From Phoronis australis (Eukaryota; Animalia; Phoronida), in assembly GCA_002633005.1 (NCBI GenBank), contig NMRA01000056.1:878027-942026 (forward strand): a DNA stretch of 64,000 bases, written 5' to 3'. Positions within the stretch are counted from its first letter, which is position 1. Every line of letters starts with the position of its first letter. Below, piece after piece: positions 1 through 12,700 of this stretch. A program made the translations under genes and the position numbers. The notes beneath the pieces are model-generated. The model was not told the origin of the DNA and ran no database searches. It saw only the letters and a program-made list of their open reading frames with translations.

Positions 1-3000
1 CCCAATATTTTTTGCCTTCCTACGGGCCTGGATTTTAATAATAATGAATTCTATATTAACCGCGAAGTTAAGGGCTCCCGCGTTCTTCGAAGTTATTCAG
101 ATATCTAATTCAGCGGAGTTATCACGAAGTGTGTGATTATGTATGATCTGACAGAGAACTAAGATGGGAACTTCTTTTGCGTACTTTCTGTATTTTTGGT
201 AAATTAAAGAATCCAGCAAGTACATCGATGATTTAAGACGGAATGTTTGTACTTCCAAAAAATAAATATTAGAACTAAATATTAACAAATATTAAGCTAT
301 CACAGCCCGCTGCTGGCAAATGCAATGACCCTACCCATAACTTCAGTGGCATTGGAAGTAAATGTTCCCGTTCATGACGGCGACATCCCGTTGCTCCCAA
401 CTTGTTCGATTCTATAGCCCAACAACAAGTTGGAAAGTTTAACCCCGTAGCCAATATCTTACACGAGTGACTAACTCCATTCTGGCATTTATTGTTGGAA
501 GGCCTGAGCTCTTTTGTTCCATAATTGCTCTAATCTCCGATCACATCGTATCTAGCCTGACTGGGCTAGGCTGATAAAGATGAATGTTAAGTTATAACAT
601 ATTTGATCTTGAACCAATAGCATTTCTGAATTTCTCGTCAAATGCTGATCATGTTCCGTTTTTGAATCACCAAAATCACCCAACTACAACAGAAGTTAAA
701 ACAATCTATTCTGTCCAAACGGATTACCAACGCACTGGGTTTGACTGTGTTCATACGCGTTCGGTAATAGCGTGCAACCACCATGCGTTTCCTTTGAAGA
801 GCCTGGGATATAATTGGCCTGCTAGTTATCGTACGGTACAAAAGACTGAGCTGGGCAGTAACACAAGAGCCAGATGTTATCGCACGTTCAGCATTCCTCA
901 CGTCTGGAAAAGTTACTGAACGACAGAACGCTGTAATGTGTTGCGAAGTGTTGACGCTTTGCTGTTAATTCCAACTCTTAACTCCGGAGTAAACTCCTAG
1001 TGTTAACTTCAATCCAAAAGTGACGTTAAGTGTTCACATTGACTGAAACTTTGCTAACACTGAAGTTTCGGAGCCAGTCGGAAAGTCCTCAAATCGAATG
1101 GACCAATTGCTTCCAGAACAAATCCAGACATTGACACAAGATTATTTTGTTTACATTCACTGATGTGTAGCCATGTATCTTATCACCATCATTCAAATGT
1201 TGACGTCCAAAAGGTTTGCCGATTCTTGTCTCAAATTCTCCTGCAGAACCAAATTTTCAAAATTCCTCATTTTTTAAGTTGACATTTAAAAATTTCTGTG
1301 TATTATTGTGATTGGTCACCACAAAACGATTATCAATCACCCCATTGCCTCGAATAACTTATGCCGTATCGCTCACGATTAAATAATAAGCGCGTGAATT
1401 GCCAGAGATGCAAACCATGGGGCATGGCTACTGGGCAAGGCATAAGTTGCGACAATACTGAACAGCCGGTCTTGTTAGCAGGTGTCCAGTGACTGAGAGC
1501 GATAAAATTTACGAGAAATAATCGACCTATAGAGAAATGTTAAATATTTGAAATAAATCAAAAATAGTGTTGGTCAATTGGTCCTTGTACTAAAAATCTC
1601 AAGTTTTTGCTTAAGTTTGGGTGGCCGTTCACTTACACTGACTATAGCTATATTTTCATTGCCACCCATTGGCAATTCTGAAAACGCTTTTATGCGCCAA
1701 AGATACAAGTTATGCGAAACGACTTCTCTTACGCGGCAAATTTTTATCATCCATTTCATGCATTTGGATTTTCGATGCTTTTGGCAATTTAATTTTTTTC
1801 TTTAGCGCTTGGGTACGAGACGTGCAAAAATGCATTTATTTCCACAGTCTATGGAACGTATCTTTGCTTTTTATTAAACACCACTGGCGGCTGAAGCTGT
1901 CGTTGCATATTGTTTTCGTTTTGTTCTCTTCGATTCGATATGCACAGTACTTTTGTATACAACCTACGGGTATATGTAGGCAGGGTGTTCAGTCTACTCG
2001 TGGTTTTAAAATAGGAGCTATATTCAGTATAGAAAATGTTGTCTGTAGTTTGGCCAGAGCTAAAATATTGTGTATGTGTGTCCATACTGAACCGACACGG
2101 AACGTGCGCCTCTCGCAAACAACAACTGTGTGGTGGTCCAACAAGACAGGATTGGAAACGCCGGTGGGAACTGTAGCAGTCATGCATACGGTGGTGAAAG
2201 CAAAGTGTAACCATGGAGCGCATGTTAAGTAACGGCGCTGTGGAGATAGCTCGGATTTCTCAGAGAATTGTGTGGACAATTATATTTATTAAACTTCAGT
2301 CAAGTTCAGTGTGACACTGATTGAATCCAAATACATGTTTCTATTAGATATTGGTACTTTTTAACAAATTAGATAAATATATACACTTATTAGACGAACC
2401 TGACTATCACAGTGTTATCAACTATCGGAAAATTCTTGGGAATTGTTCTAAAAAGAGATTCTTATTGCTGGCATTTCCGTTGTTTAGGGTACATCGAACT
2501 TTTTTACACATCATTGACGTAACATTGACTGAGAGAGTTCCAGCTGTTTTGTCCGATCAACGCGATTGCATTTTTCAACACTGACGAGGTTGTCATCCAT
2601 GAAAGTTGGGCACTTTAAAACTTTACAGTTGCCGCTCACTACATCTAAGTACAAGTGTTTTGACTTCACATCATGTAATTTGAACGTTTGATGTTATTAA
2701 ATTAAATTAAAGTTATATTGAAACGTGATCGTAAACACCTGCTCGACTTATACTTATTTACAGACGGGTTACGTGTCTAGCTTATACCAAAGCGGATACA
2801 GAATACTGTGCAGGCAAAAATATTTGTTCTGGAGGTATAAATTAAAAAAAAACAAAAACAAAAACAATTAACGGTCCCTTTTTGATAGTTCGTCAACCAT
2901 GAAGATCAAATCAATTGGTCGCCAGTAGTTCTATCTCACGCTGACTGTAAGTAGGATTTTTATCTTTGATGTAAGAAGCGTGATAATATTGTAAGGAAGG

Positions 3001-3340
3001 TGGAGACGTGGGATTGTAGTGAACGTGAATGTAGAGCGTCCTCGTTTGCTTCGTTTGTTCAAGCCATGATGAAAGTTGAGACTTGGATACGCGGAATAGC
3101 AAGCGTTAAAAAGGCATGTCTTTTATCTTTTGCCGCATTCAATGCATGAAAATTATTTATATTTATTTTGCTTTGGAGAGAGTTATTTTAGAAAGTTTGC
3201 GACCAGAAAGCGAATAATGTTTGTACTGAAGTTTTTGGCACCTTTGGGAAATTTCTTAAAATTACTCAGATGGACAGTAATTCAGTGATAGGAGCATGTC
3301 CAAATTTGACTAATTTCGGAACATCGTGTCCCAGAAATGG

Positions 3341-3505
3341 CTGATAAGCTTCACGTGAAACATTATAATAACATTATAATGCACTTTATGCAGTGCTGAT
3401 AAGCTTCACGTGAAACATTATAATTATAACATTATAATACACTTTATGCACTGCTGATAAACTTCACGTGAAACATAATAACATTATAATACACTTTATG
3501 TACTG
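3341..3505. repeat. Minisatellite, about 3 copies of a ~55-58 bp unit
   Basis: ctgataa(g/a)cttcacgtgaaacat...cactttatg begins at 3341, 3396 and 3454. Confidence 0.85.
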
Positions 3506-4309
3506 TTCTCCAAAATGCTGTCAAGAATTGGTTTTGAACTGCTCCAATTTTGCATCAGAGGCTATCGAAAATAGGACTTTTATGATTTTCGTGGACAAAT
3601 TTAAAAGTTGTACTAAACCAAATCGAAATGATTTAGGGAACAGTAACAGGGTTTTTGAGATTTCATGAACATTTATATCAAACTTAAGTTGGTCATGTTA
3701 CCGTTGTTTTGCTATTAATGTACGTTTATTTTTGGCTAAATTTTACTAAAGGCATGGTCACGCGATCCAATAAATGGCAACGAAAAAGTCAGTGTTTCTA
3801 CCTCCTGAAAGTATATGCTCTTACTGAGTGTAACTCTCCAGACTCGTAGCTATTTGACTAAATACAGCCTAATGGAGGATAAGGTCCTTCACAATCTTAA
3901 TTAAAGTAATAAAAACGATGTTCCTTGATACACGACACGACAGAGGTTTTAATTTGTTTTATTACGAACGAAAATGCATTATGTCGTCTTCCTTGTCCGT
4001 CTGTCCGGCGGCTGTGGTTCCTAATGGCAGTTTGTTTTTTTTTTTACGTGTGCCGTTGAATCTTAGTAGTTCTTTGACGGATCTTCATAGAATTCGGCAA
4101 ATAATTTTGAGTGACAATGATAATTTCCCATTTTTGGTGGGTTCAGTTCTGAGCCATCGATCGCCATTTTTGTGATACAAACAAACACCCCTAGAAGTAC
4201 TCCGTTTGCGGTTGCAACGTGGGCTAATTTCAACGCTCCCGAAGCGCTGCCCTTGTTTTAGATTATGTTGTCTTTTATGGAAGATTTTCTTTTTGTCACA
4301 TTGGGTTGT

Positions 4310-4494
4310 AACGGGCAAGGTGAGTGTCGATCGATTCCCAGATTCTACATGCACCCCAGTCGGCCGTTAGATCTGCACGTTGATATAAGTTTCACGAAGA
4401 GGTGACGAGCTGGGGTTGTGTGAAATTTAATTTCGGTGTCTAATGGAGCTCAACACACAGCTACCTAGCTGCAAGTTGACGACAGTCTTCATAC
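4310..4494. repeat. Dispersed repeat, second copy at about 44669-44865
   Basis: acgggcaaggtga...gattcccagatt...ggagct.aacacacag...catac present at both sites. Confidence 0.7.
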
Positions 4495-5271
4495 ATTTAG
4501 CTGACTTACTACCTTAGTATGTACATATGTGATGTGACTTTTGTGTGTTATGTACATTTATGATGTGACTTTTGTGTGTTATGTACTTTGTGTACAAAAC
4601 AGTGTTTTTAAAAAGCTTCCTTAGTTGAGAAGAGCTCAGTTATTACGTTACGGCAGGGTCAAATGTTCTGGAAAGAAAAATACCTGTACTGCCTGGAAAT
4701 GAATTCCGCAGCCGCCTACCCTGCCTACATCTGACAGCAATTCTGCTTGAAGCTTTAAAGTAAAACAGTATCTCTTGCGATAAACACTAATGTTCACTCG
4801 AAGGCGTTGGTGTATCCCTCGTCATTTCCGATATACTACTTTAAGCACGGGTTACGGCTAGTTCTATTATAAACCGAAAGGCAACAGTAGAAAAGACTCT
4901 GAGTAACTTACAGTCCAAATTTCTCAACTTCCAACATGGCAATCGGTATGTCCCAACACTACTTTTCATGACTTCCAATCAGTCGAAGTGTTTGAATTTT
5001 ATTTCGTTCTGTGAATCAACCGTTAAAGCCACAGTCTTTATTCTTTGACAGTGTGTAATTCTCCTCAAGAAAAGTACACACAACATCTCTTGAAGAGACC
5101 ATGGCAAAAGAATCAATTAAACCTTATTTTCAGTTGTGTTCTCATTGACTTATCTTGTCGACGTTGACGTTTGCATAACAATCACGGCACATACTCCAGT
5201 AAAATATGTTTTAGTTACAGGTACGGCTAAAGGTCGTCACCCAGATAGCAACTTTGACGACCAGGGATCTT

Positions 5272-6141
5272 AGGCCCGTTCCAAGAAATTGATTTGAGTT
5301 CATTTTTGACTCAACTCTAAGATTTGTCTCAACTTTCAAACTTCCACAACCGGTAAGTTAGCGAAAATTAAGTCAAAATTTGACTCAAACTTACGAACTC
5401 TTTCTTGAAAGAGACTTGAGACTAATTTAGTTTTATCTTAAAATTGACTGGAATTTAAAATTTGTCTTATAGTGTTTTACCACTAGAGGCAAAACTTTGC
5501 TTTTAGCGAAGTTTCGGTAGTTAATATACAAGCCAAACTTCGTTGAAAATAGTAGGATTTAAAAGCGAAGCTTCGGTGCTCACCGAAACTGCGCTTTAGT
5601 GGGAAAGGTCAGAGCGAAACTTCGGCGAAGTTATCGGTAGACACCGCGGAAACGATATAGAATTACGCGAAACTCCATGTTAAACGTGTTATTTTGAGTC
5701 AGTTTACGTTGGTACATTTCAATTCGTAAATAAATAAAGGAATAAACATCTGATGAAGAATAACATTGAGCTCGAACCCACCACTCAATATTCGTTTGAG
5801 AATTGGAATGGACTGCGCGGTCTGGGTAGAGCTCAGTAAGGCTAGGACCTACGCTAGGACCTCGCTGAAATCTACCCAAAATCACCTGTTCTCATTTAAA
5901 ATACACGACAATATCTCATCTAATCTCGCAAATTGTTGCTTTTCAGCGAGATCCTAGCGTCATTGAACTCTACCCTGGTGTTTTCTCTGCGTAACTTCGA
6001 TATCGCTGTCTAGTGGGAAAGGCAAACGAAGTTTTGGCAAAGCTTCCGTAAACCGAAGTTCCCCTAATGGGAAAGCACCTTTACCTAATTCCCCTAATGG
6101 GAAAACACCTTTAGCTACGTGATTTGTCTTGGAACGGGCCT
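5272..6141. mobile_element. MITE (aggcccgttccaaga TIR) with a nested PIF/Harbinger-like element at 5470-6110
   Basis: Outer TIR aggcccgttccaaga / tcttggaacgggcct; the uninterrupted paralogous version is at about 37499-37711. Inner insert has imperfect gtgtttt.cca TIRs and TTA on both sides. Confidence 0.6.
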
Positions 6142-6609
6142 CTGATTCATAACTTGGTATTACGCTCCCACTTAACACTTGTTGAATAAATGTTTAGCCA
6201 AGTCATAAGCGCATCACTGTCTAGAAATAAATTTTAGAACTTAGCTCACTAACTTACAGTTATGTCAGAAACTGTACTTTTGCTCAAGGGAGATTTAATT
6301 GTTTTTCAAAAATTGTTGTTTGGAGCGTGAGACCGAATTTCTGACCTAAGTCTTAAGTCACTTCTGTGCAGCTTGAGTCAAGTAGGAGACTTTTCATATC
6401 GGCGCTCTCTAGAGTAATGAGAGCAGGAAAGTGACTTCCGACTGATCCCGACTCAGATTTTGGGGACAGAACTTCAATTACTATATATTGGTTCATAAAT
6501 ATAAAAGCAGGCAAATTAATTCCACTGCAAGCCCCGCCCATAGTCCCAACGTAGTCTGCACATCTTTACCACAGTGTCCTTACATATGGGTTCTAACACC
6601 ACTTCTGAG

Positions 6610-6767
6610 TTAGTGACGATTATTCATAATTTCTTGGGCTGTTATCACTCCAAAAAGTACAACCCCGGAAGTGACGTACAGTACACCTACACCAATGAGA
6701 ACAGATTCTGCCGCTTTACGTAAGTTAACGTTTGTTTTGTCGATGACTGACTTGATGAGACACAAAC
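6610..6767 (-). CDS. Paralog A exon 8 (last coding exon)
   Basis: ttgcag acceptor; LCLIKSV...LFGVITAQEIMNNRH then TAA. Confidence 0.88.
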
Positions 6768-9700
6768 CTGCAAAAAATAACGTGAAAGATATTTTAAGTA
6801 AATGATATGAGGATGTGAGTAACAGTTTTAGTCTAATTATCGTCCTTCGCTCTAAACTGCAGTTGCTTCTGTATCGTATGTTCTCGAGTATAAGCCTATC
6901 AGTGCCACCCCGGGTTGTAAGACCACCTCGTACTTATGGGTAATTCTTGCGTAAAAGCCCGTCTACCCGCCTACATTTAGCTGATGGGTTAAAAACCGCC
7001 TCCTGCTGACCTCTCACTTGACGTCAAAGCACAATTCTCTATTCTCTCCTTTGTGTAGTGGGGGAATAGCGCGTTGTTGTCCAGAAAAATAGATTCCGAC
7101 AACGCAACTTGCGTTCATCAGAAGTCTGATAAGGCCTACGAGCCCATGGGCTTATGTGCGATACAAGCTGGTTCCTTGTTTTTGCAGTTCCTCAATAACA
7201 CTAATACCATAGGCCTACACCCGAGCTCATGCGATAAGCATAGCAAAGACGTAAGGTTGCTAAAACATACCATGAAAAGTACGTTGACTCCCTAACCGAT
7301 CGAGATTGGGCAACTCAACCGGTTCGCGAAGAACAGATCAAAGACACCATGCTGTTGGGGATAATTATATCGCGCCGGCCACTGATGTCATCGTTCTCTA
7401 GATAATGATACCATCATAGTGTTTTTAAATTTTCGTTTTGAAATTTTGTAAGTAGCAGATTTGAATAGGTCGAGTAAAGCACACGTGATTAGGTTTTTGA
7501 ATTTTGAAAATTGGACACGAAATGTGACTTTTACAACCTAAAACGTTTGTTTAATGTTGCAGTCAATACTTTTTCTCATTATTCTGCTGGGTATGCAGCA
7601 TAATTGGGCAAATTACGGAACCACCAGGCAGCAGTTGGATTTTGAGGTAAACCACGTGTCACCGGACAATTTTTGGTATGCTGAACCGAACGCCCGTGGC
7701 TCAGATAGGGTAGTCATACCTAGTCCAAGTTTCTTGCAAGAAAAGCAAGACAGCGCATGACTTTGCTAACTGATGCGATCGAGTGAAAATCTAATGTTTG
7801 CCAATTAGTAACATGGTACAAAAAGGACCCCTTAAGCACCATTTGATGTCCCACCACCACCATATTAAATACGTCTTTTTGAATAAATTACTAACTTACC
7901 TGGGAAAATACAAGAAAAGAAGAATGCAATTCCTCCGACGTATGCCACTGCAGTCACTATATCTGTTATGGCTATGTAAATACCCAAAATCGATAGGAAA
8001 CCTATCACTCCCATTGTAATGAGATGCTTCCGCTCACTACGTGCCCCCTCGTCAGGGGTCATGCTCCAGACGTCTAACCATAAATCCCGAACTGCATTTC
8101 TGTAAGTTATAATAATTTTATTTAAGAACAACGCTGAAGGTTAACTGGATTTGTCATCTAAAAGCTCAAAAATAAATCCAATGCAGCAGTGCGGGAGGCG
8201 TAACAATCGCAGCGCCCTCTGTGTGACCAAGAGACTAAACAAAACACGTGACATATTTAATCTTTTTACCACATGTAGGAGGATTTGCTTCTCCATGAGG
8301 GAAGCATTGCTCCCACAGTAATTTCCGACCAATGAAAGAAATGATTGTTCTTTACTGCGGGATAGCGGACTCATGGTAGGCTTCGCATTGCCTAGATGTT
8401 TCAGTTTTTTTATTACATAATGTACGCTGCTTTACTAAGTAAGTCAGCTTGATTCTTAATTTATACGAATCGTCTGGATGGAACCACACTTTCTTGCTTC
8501 AGTGTGCTCGTCCTTTTTCGGCCAACAAAGGTTAACTATACAGTTTGTGACGTAAATTCGGTTCTTACAATTTCCTACCTGATGCAGAAGAACATAATTG
8601 GAAACGCTGTTAAAAACTTTAGTGCCAAGACAAAGTAAGAGACGTAAATATCCGCCGTGGGTAAGTATGACAGAATTATTTCCTTGCTGACTTTGTCTCC
8701 GAATGAAAGGTAGCCGAAGACGGGGACGAGTGTGTTGAACACGGCGCAGATGAGTATTGTGGCAGCAGTGGTCTTTGCGAAGCCCATTGTATTTCTTTCA
8801 CTCATTGCAGCAAAAATAGTCGTGATTTCAAGGTGACACTAGAAAGAAAATACAAAGATCCCAAAGTGCGACTCTATATACACCAGGTGGTACCGAAAAA
8901 AGGTACGGGAGCATGAAGCATGCAGCGACACGTTCCGTAATGTAAGACACTCGCAAGATACTTGAGGCTAGGAATATTGGCTAAAGCTTATGGAACGGAA
9001 CATTTCAGCTTCACAGACCAATTGACACCTTTCTTGTCTAAGCTACATGGGCGCCGCACCATCGGGGGCTGGGGCTATAGGCCTCACTTATTTCAGTGCT
9101 GCGCCGTCCATGAGCTGGTGAGGTTGCGAACTTACTCGCGAAACACCATACTTTCAGTCCTGTGATTTTGCGTAATGTCGCAGCCAAGCTTTGCAATAAA
9201 CTCATTTCAGAGCGCATTCCTGTTCATTAGCACGGCGACTCCGAGGGGTATAAGGATTCATCGTGTCTGGCTGGATGTATACACATCTGTGCCTGGTGTA
9301 GTGACGTGCCAGTGTTTTATGTACATGCAGCGGTGACGGTCAGCGACCCTGACCCTTTTGAGCTAAATTTCTGTATCTGCCCCTGACCAGTGTAACAGAA
9401 ATGAGTTTTGAGTACCTGTTTACTACGTTTGAGATGTCATGTGATTCAGATGGCTTCATTTTTAGAGAGTAGAAAATCACCAATTTGTTATGAAAAATAT
9501 CAAACGATCAGTTGTCAAATTAAAACACCCCCAAACACCATCTGACGATATACGTTAACTAGCTGACCTCGTGTTAAGAACATTTATTGGTCGATACATA
9601 CTACGTAGTATCGGAACAACCAATCACAGCATTAGTCACCCATCATGATGTTTAGTGTGAAAAGTCGTCAGATATTATTGCTCGTTTTCCCCTGGTTCAT

Positions 9701-12700
9701 GGTATAATAAAGAAGGACGAGACACTGCGGTAAGAATTCCCGGTACTTTCGGAGTTGGAGGCAATCCAATTAGAAAGTGAAATCAATATTGATGAATTAT
9801 TTGAGGTTTTAAAAAATACAAAAAACGAGAAAAGTCCAGGCTCTGATAGCTTTACGATGGAATTTTTGACGTTCTTTTGGGAAGACATAAAATTTTTGTA
9901 TTGCGGCATATTAAATGTAGTTTTGAAATGGGACAAATGTCTACAACTCAACGGATTGAGATTATTACATGTATTCCAAAACCAGACAAACCGAAACAGT
10001 ATCTGAAAAACTGGCGACCAATAACTTTACTTAATAGTGTATACAAACTGGCTTCGGGAAGCGTTGCAAACAGATTTTAAAAAGTTCTAGACAAACTGAT
10101 TGCAAATACCCAAACTGGATTTATTAAAGGAAGATTTATGGCTGAGAACACAAGACTAATTTATGATATTATGAGTTATACAGACAAACACAACATTCCA
10201 GGACTACTTGTGTTGATAGATTTTGAAAAGGCTTTTGACAGTGTTTCCTGGGACTTTATATTCAAAGTCCTGGATAATTTCAATTTCAAAGCCAATATTA
10301 TTCGATATACAAAAACATTTTATAATAAACCAATTGCCCGTGTCATACAAAATGGATTTCTGTCGTACAACTTCATACTGGAACGCGTATGTCGACAAGG
10401 TGATCCTCTCTCCCCTTATATTTTTATACTGTGTGCTGAAATTTTGTCCATATTGATTAAACATGATCCTGAAGTGAAAGGTATTAAAATCGACAACGAA
10501 GACTACGTTATAACACAATACGCAGATGACACAACTTTCACATTAGACGGAACTCCAAGATTCTTGGCAGCACTTAGGAACAACCTAGAGTTCTGTACAG
10601 GGATGTCGGGGCTAAAGATAAACTATTCTAAGCCAAAAGTAGTGTGAATTGGAAGTAGAAATTTCTCTCAAGAAGTGTTTCACCGCACGCGTTGGAAACT
10701 AAAATGGGTGAAGGTTGATTTTAAGCCTCTGGGTATTAATTAACTTGGAAACTGTGTCCAAAGATAACTTTGATGCAAAAATAAGGGAAATTGTGAATCT
10801 GACTAATATATGGTCTCGTAGAAAGCTGATTATCTTTGGAAAGGTCACAGTATTAAAAACATTTGTGCTTCCAAAAATGATACATCTGCTAACGCTGCTC
10901 CCAAGTCCCAATGATACTACTTTTGGCGATATTGAAACTTTGTATTTTAAATTCATTTGGGACGGAAAACCTGATAAAATAAAAAGAGGTGTACTCATTA
11001 AATCCATAGAAGAGGGTGGATTGAAGATGATTGATGTCAGAAAATTTAATATGTCTTTAAAATTTCATGAATTAGACGATTCTTTTTAACAACATCTCCA
11101 TGGACGTATTTGTTGCAAAATGACATCGGGCTTACTAGAGATGGAATGCTGAGCTATGGAGACTATAGGTTAACTAGATCGGATAACTGTAACTCTTTTT
11201 AGAAAGAATACTTCCAGCATTGGAGCCTTTTAGTTCAATATTTCAGGTCACGAAGATGCGGTGTCAATTAATGTGTGGGCCAACAGTAATATTACGGTGG
11301 AACACAGCCCTAGTATTTATGAGTCATTCGTTGAAAAAGGTATAATATTTATGAATGATTTTTTAGACTGAAATGATAACTTCTACATCTTTGAAAGTTT
11401 CCTGACGATTCATCAGATTAATGTCAGCTTTCTCGAATATTATTCAGTTGCTAGTGCAATAAAAAATATTTGAATACGTTTTCCAAAAACTTAATTCTAA
11501 AAAGGTATATGGACCACTTGTACCTTTTTCTCTAAAAAATATTATTTTGACGAAAAAGGGAGGTCGGGATTCTTACCATATTCTGTGCAAAAATGACATA
11601 ATACCATCGGCACAAAAGAAATTCGAAGTATTGGGATTTTCGCTATCAGAGAAGATGTGGAATTTCTGTTACAAACTTCCACATGAATGTACGAATGATA
11701 CAAGCTTACTTTTCTTTCAGTTCCGCTTACTGCATAGAATTCTACGTACTAATTATTTTTCAAATAAGATTGGATATGTGGACTCAAATGCTTGTACTTT
11801 TTGTAAATACTTTCCCGAAACTCTAGAACATTTATTCTTTGAATGTGAATATGTTAATTCTTTCTGACATAGGGTACGTCTCTGGTTAATGACTGCAATG
11901 CAAGTAAATTTTGAAACATACAAAACCACCATTATATTTGGTCTTCAAAATGAACATAACAGAATTTTGAATTGCTTCCTTTTACAAACTAAAATTTTCA
12001 TTTTTAAAATGAAATTTGATAGCGTCAAACCTAATTTAAGATGTCTTAAAAATTTTGAGGGTCTGTTTTAATGTAGAAGTTAGTGCTTCGTTAAACACAC
12101 GGAAATTTAATAATACAAGCAAATGGGAAGATTGGAAATGTGTTTTTGAAAAATGAAGCGAGCCAGAGAGTTGACCAGATGCCAGAAAAGAAATTTACAT
12201 AGCACTTTCTAACTTGGAAGTAACAATGAAATGCTTGTTCGTTTTTTTGCACAGTTCTGTACGTTGTTGTGTGTTGTATTGTGCTGTGTATATTTGTACA
12301 TGTACCTGTTTTTTGTAATAAATGTATTAAATGTTAAAAAAAAGAATTCAGTATTTGGGCACGCTGCGACGCATTTCGCTTTCCGGATATCGGGAACGAG
12401 TTTGTACAACAAACGGACCTGTTGATGGACATGACACACTTAATGGCGCTGAATAGGTTCATACGTCACGCTCATGTCCGTGTAGCTGACGATTTTCAAT
12501 TAAATAGTTTCCACCATGCATTTTCTCAGTTTTTGAGGTTACAGTTAGCTAATATGAAATGAATATCATAAAATCTAACTAAATAAGCTGTTATAACGCC
12601 AAATAGTCGCGAAGTTTTTAATTTTGAAAAAATAGTTGTTTCTTAGTTTGATCATTTGATAATCAATTGCAAAGGAGGAACACATCAGATCAGAAGACGA

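Noticed and set aside
1669-2279. Longest ORF in the track (187 aa) and overlapping antisense ORFs
   Set aside because: No recognisable domain, overlapping frames on both strands and no splice context; likely chance.
3341-3505. CRISPR-like appearance of short repeat arrays (also 33847-33914 and 41040-41110)
   Set aside because: Head-to-tail repeats without unique spacers, no cas genes, eukaryotic context.
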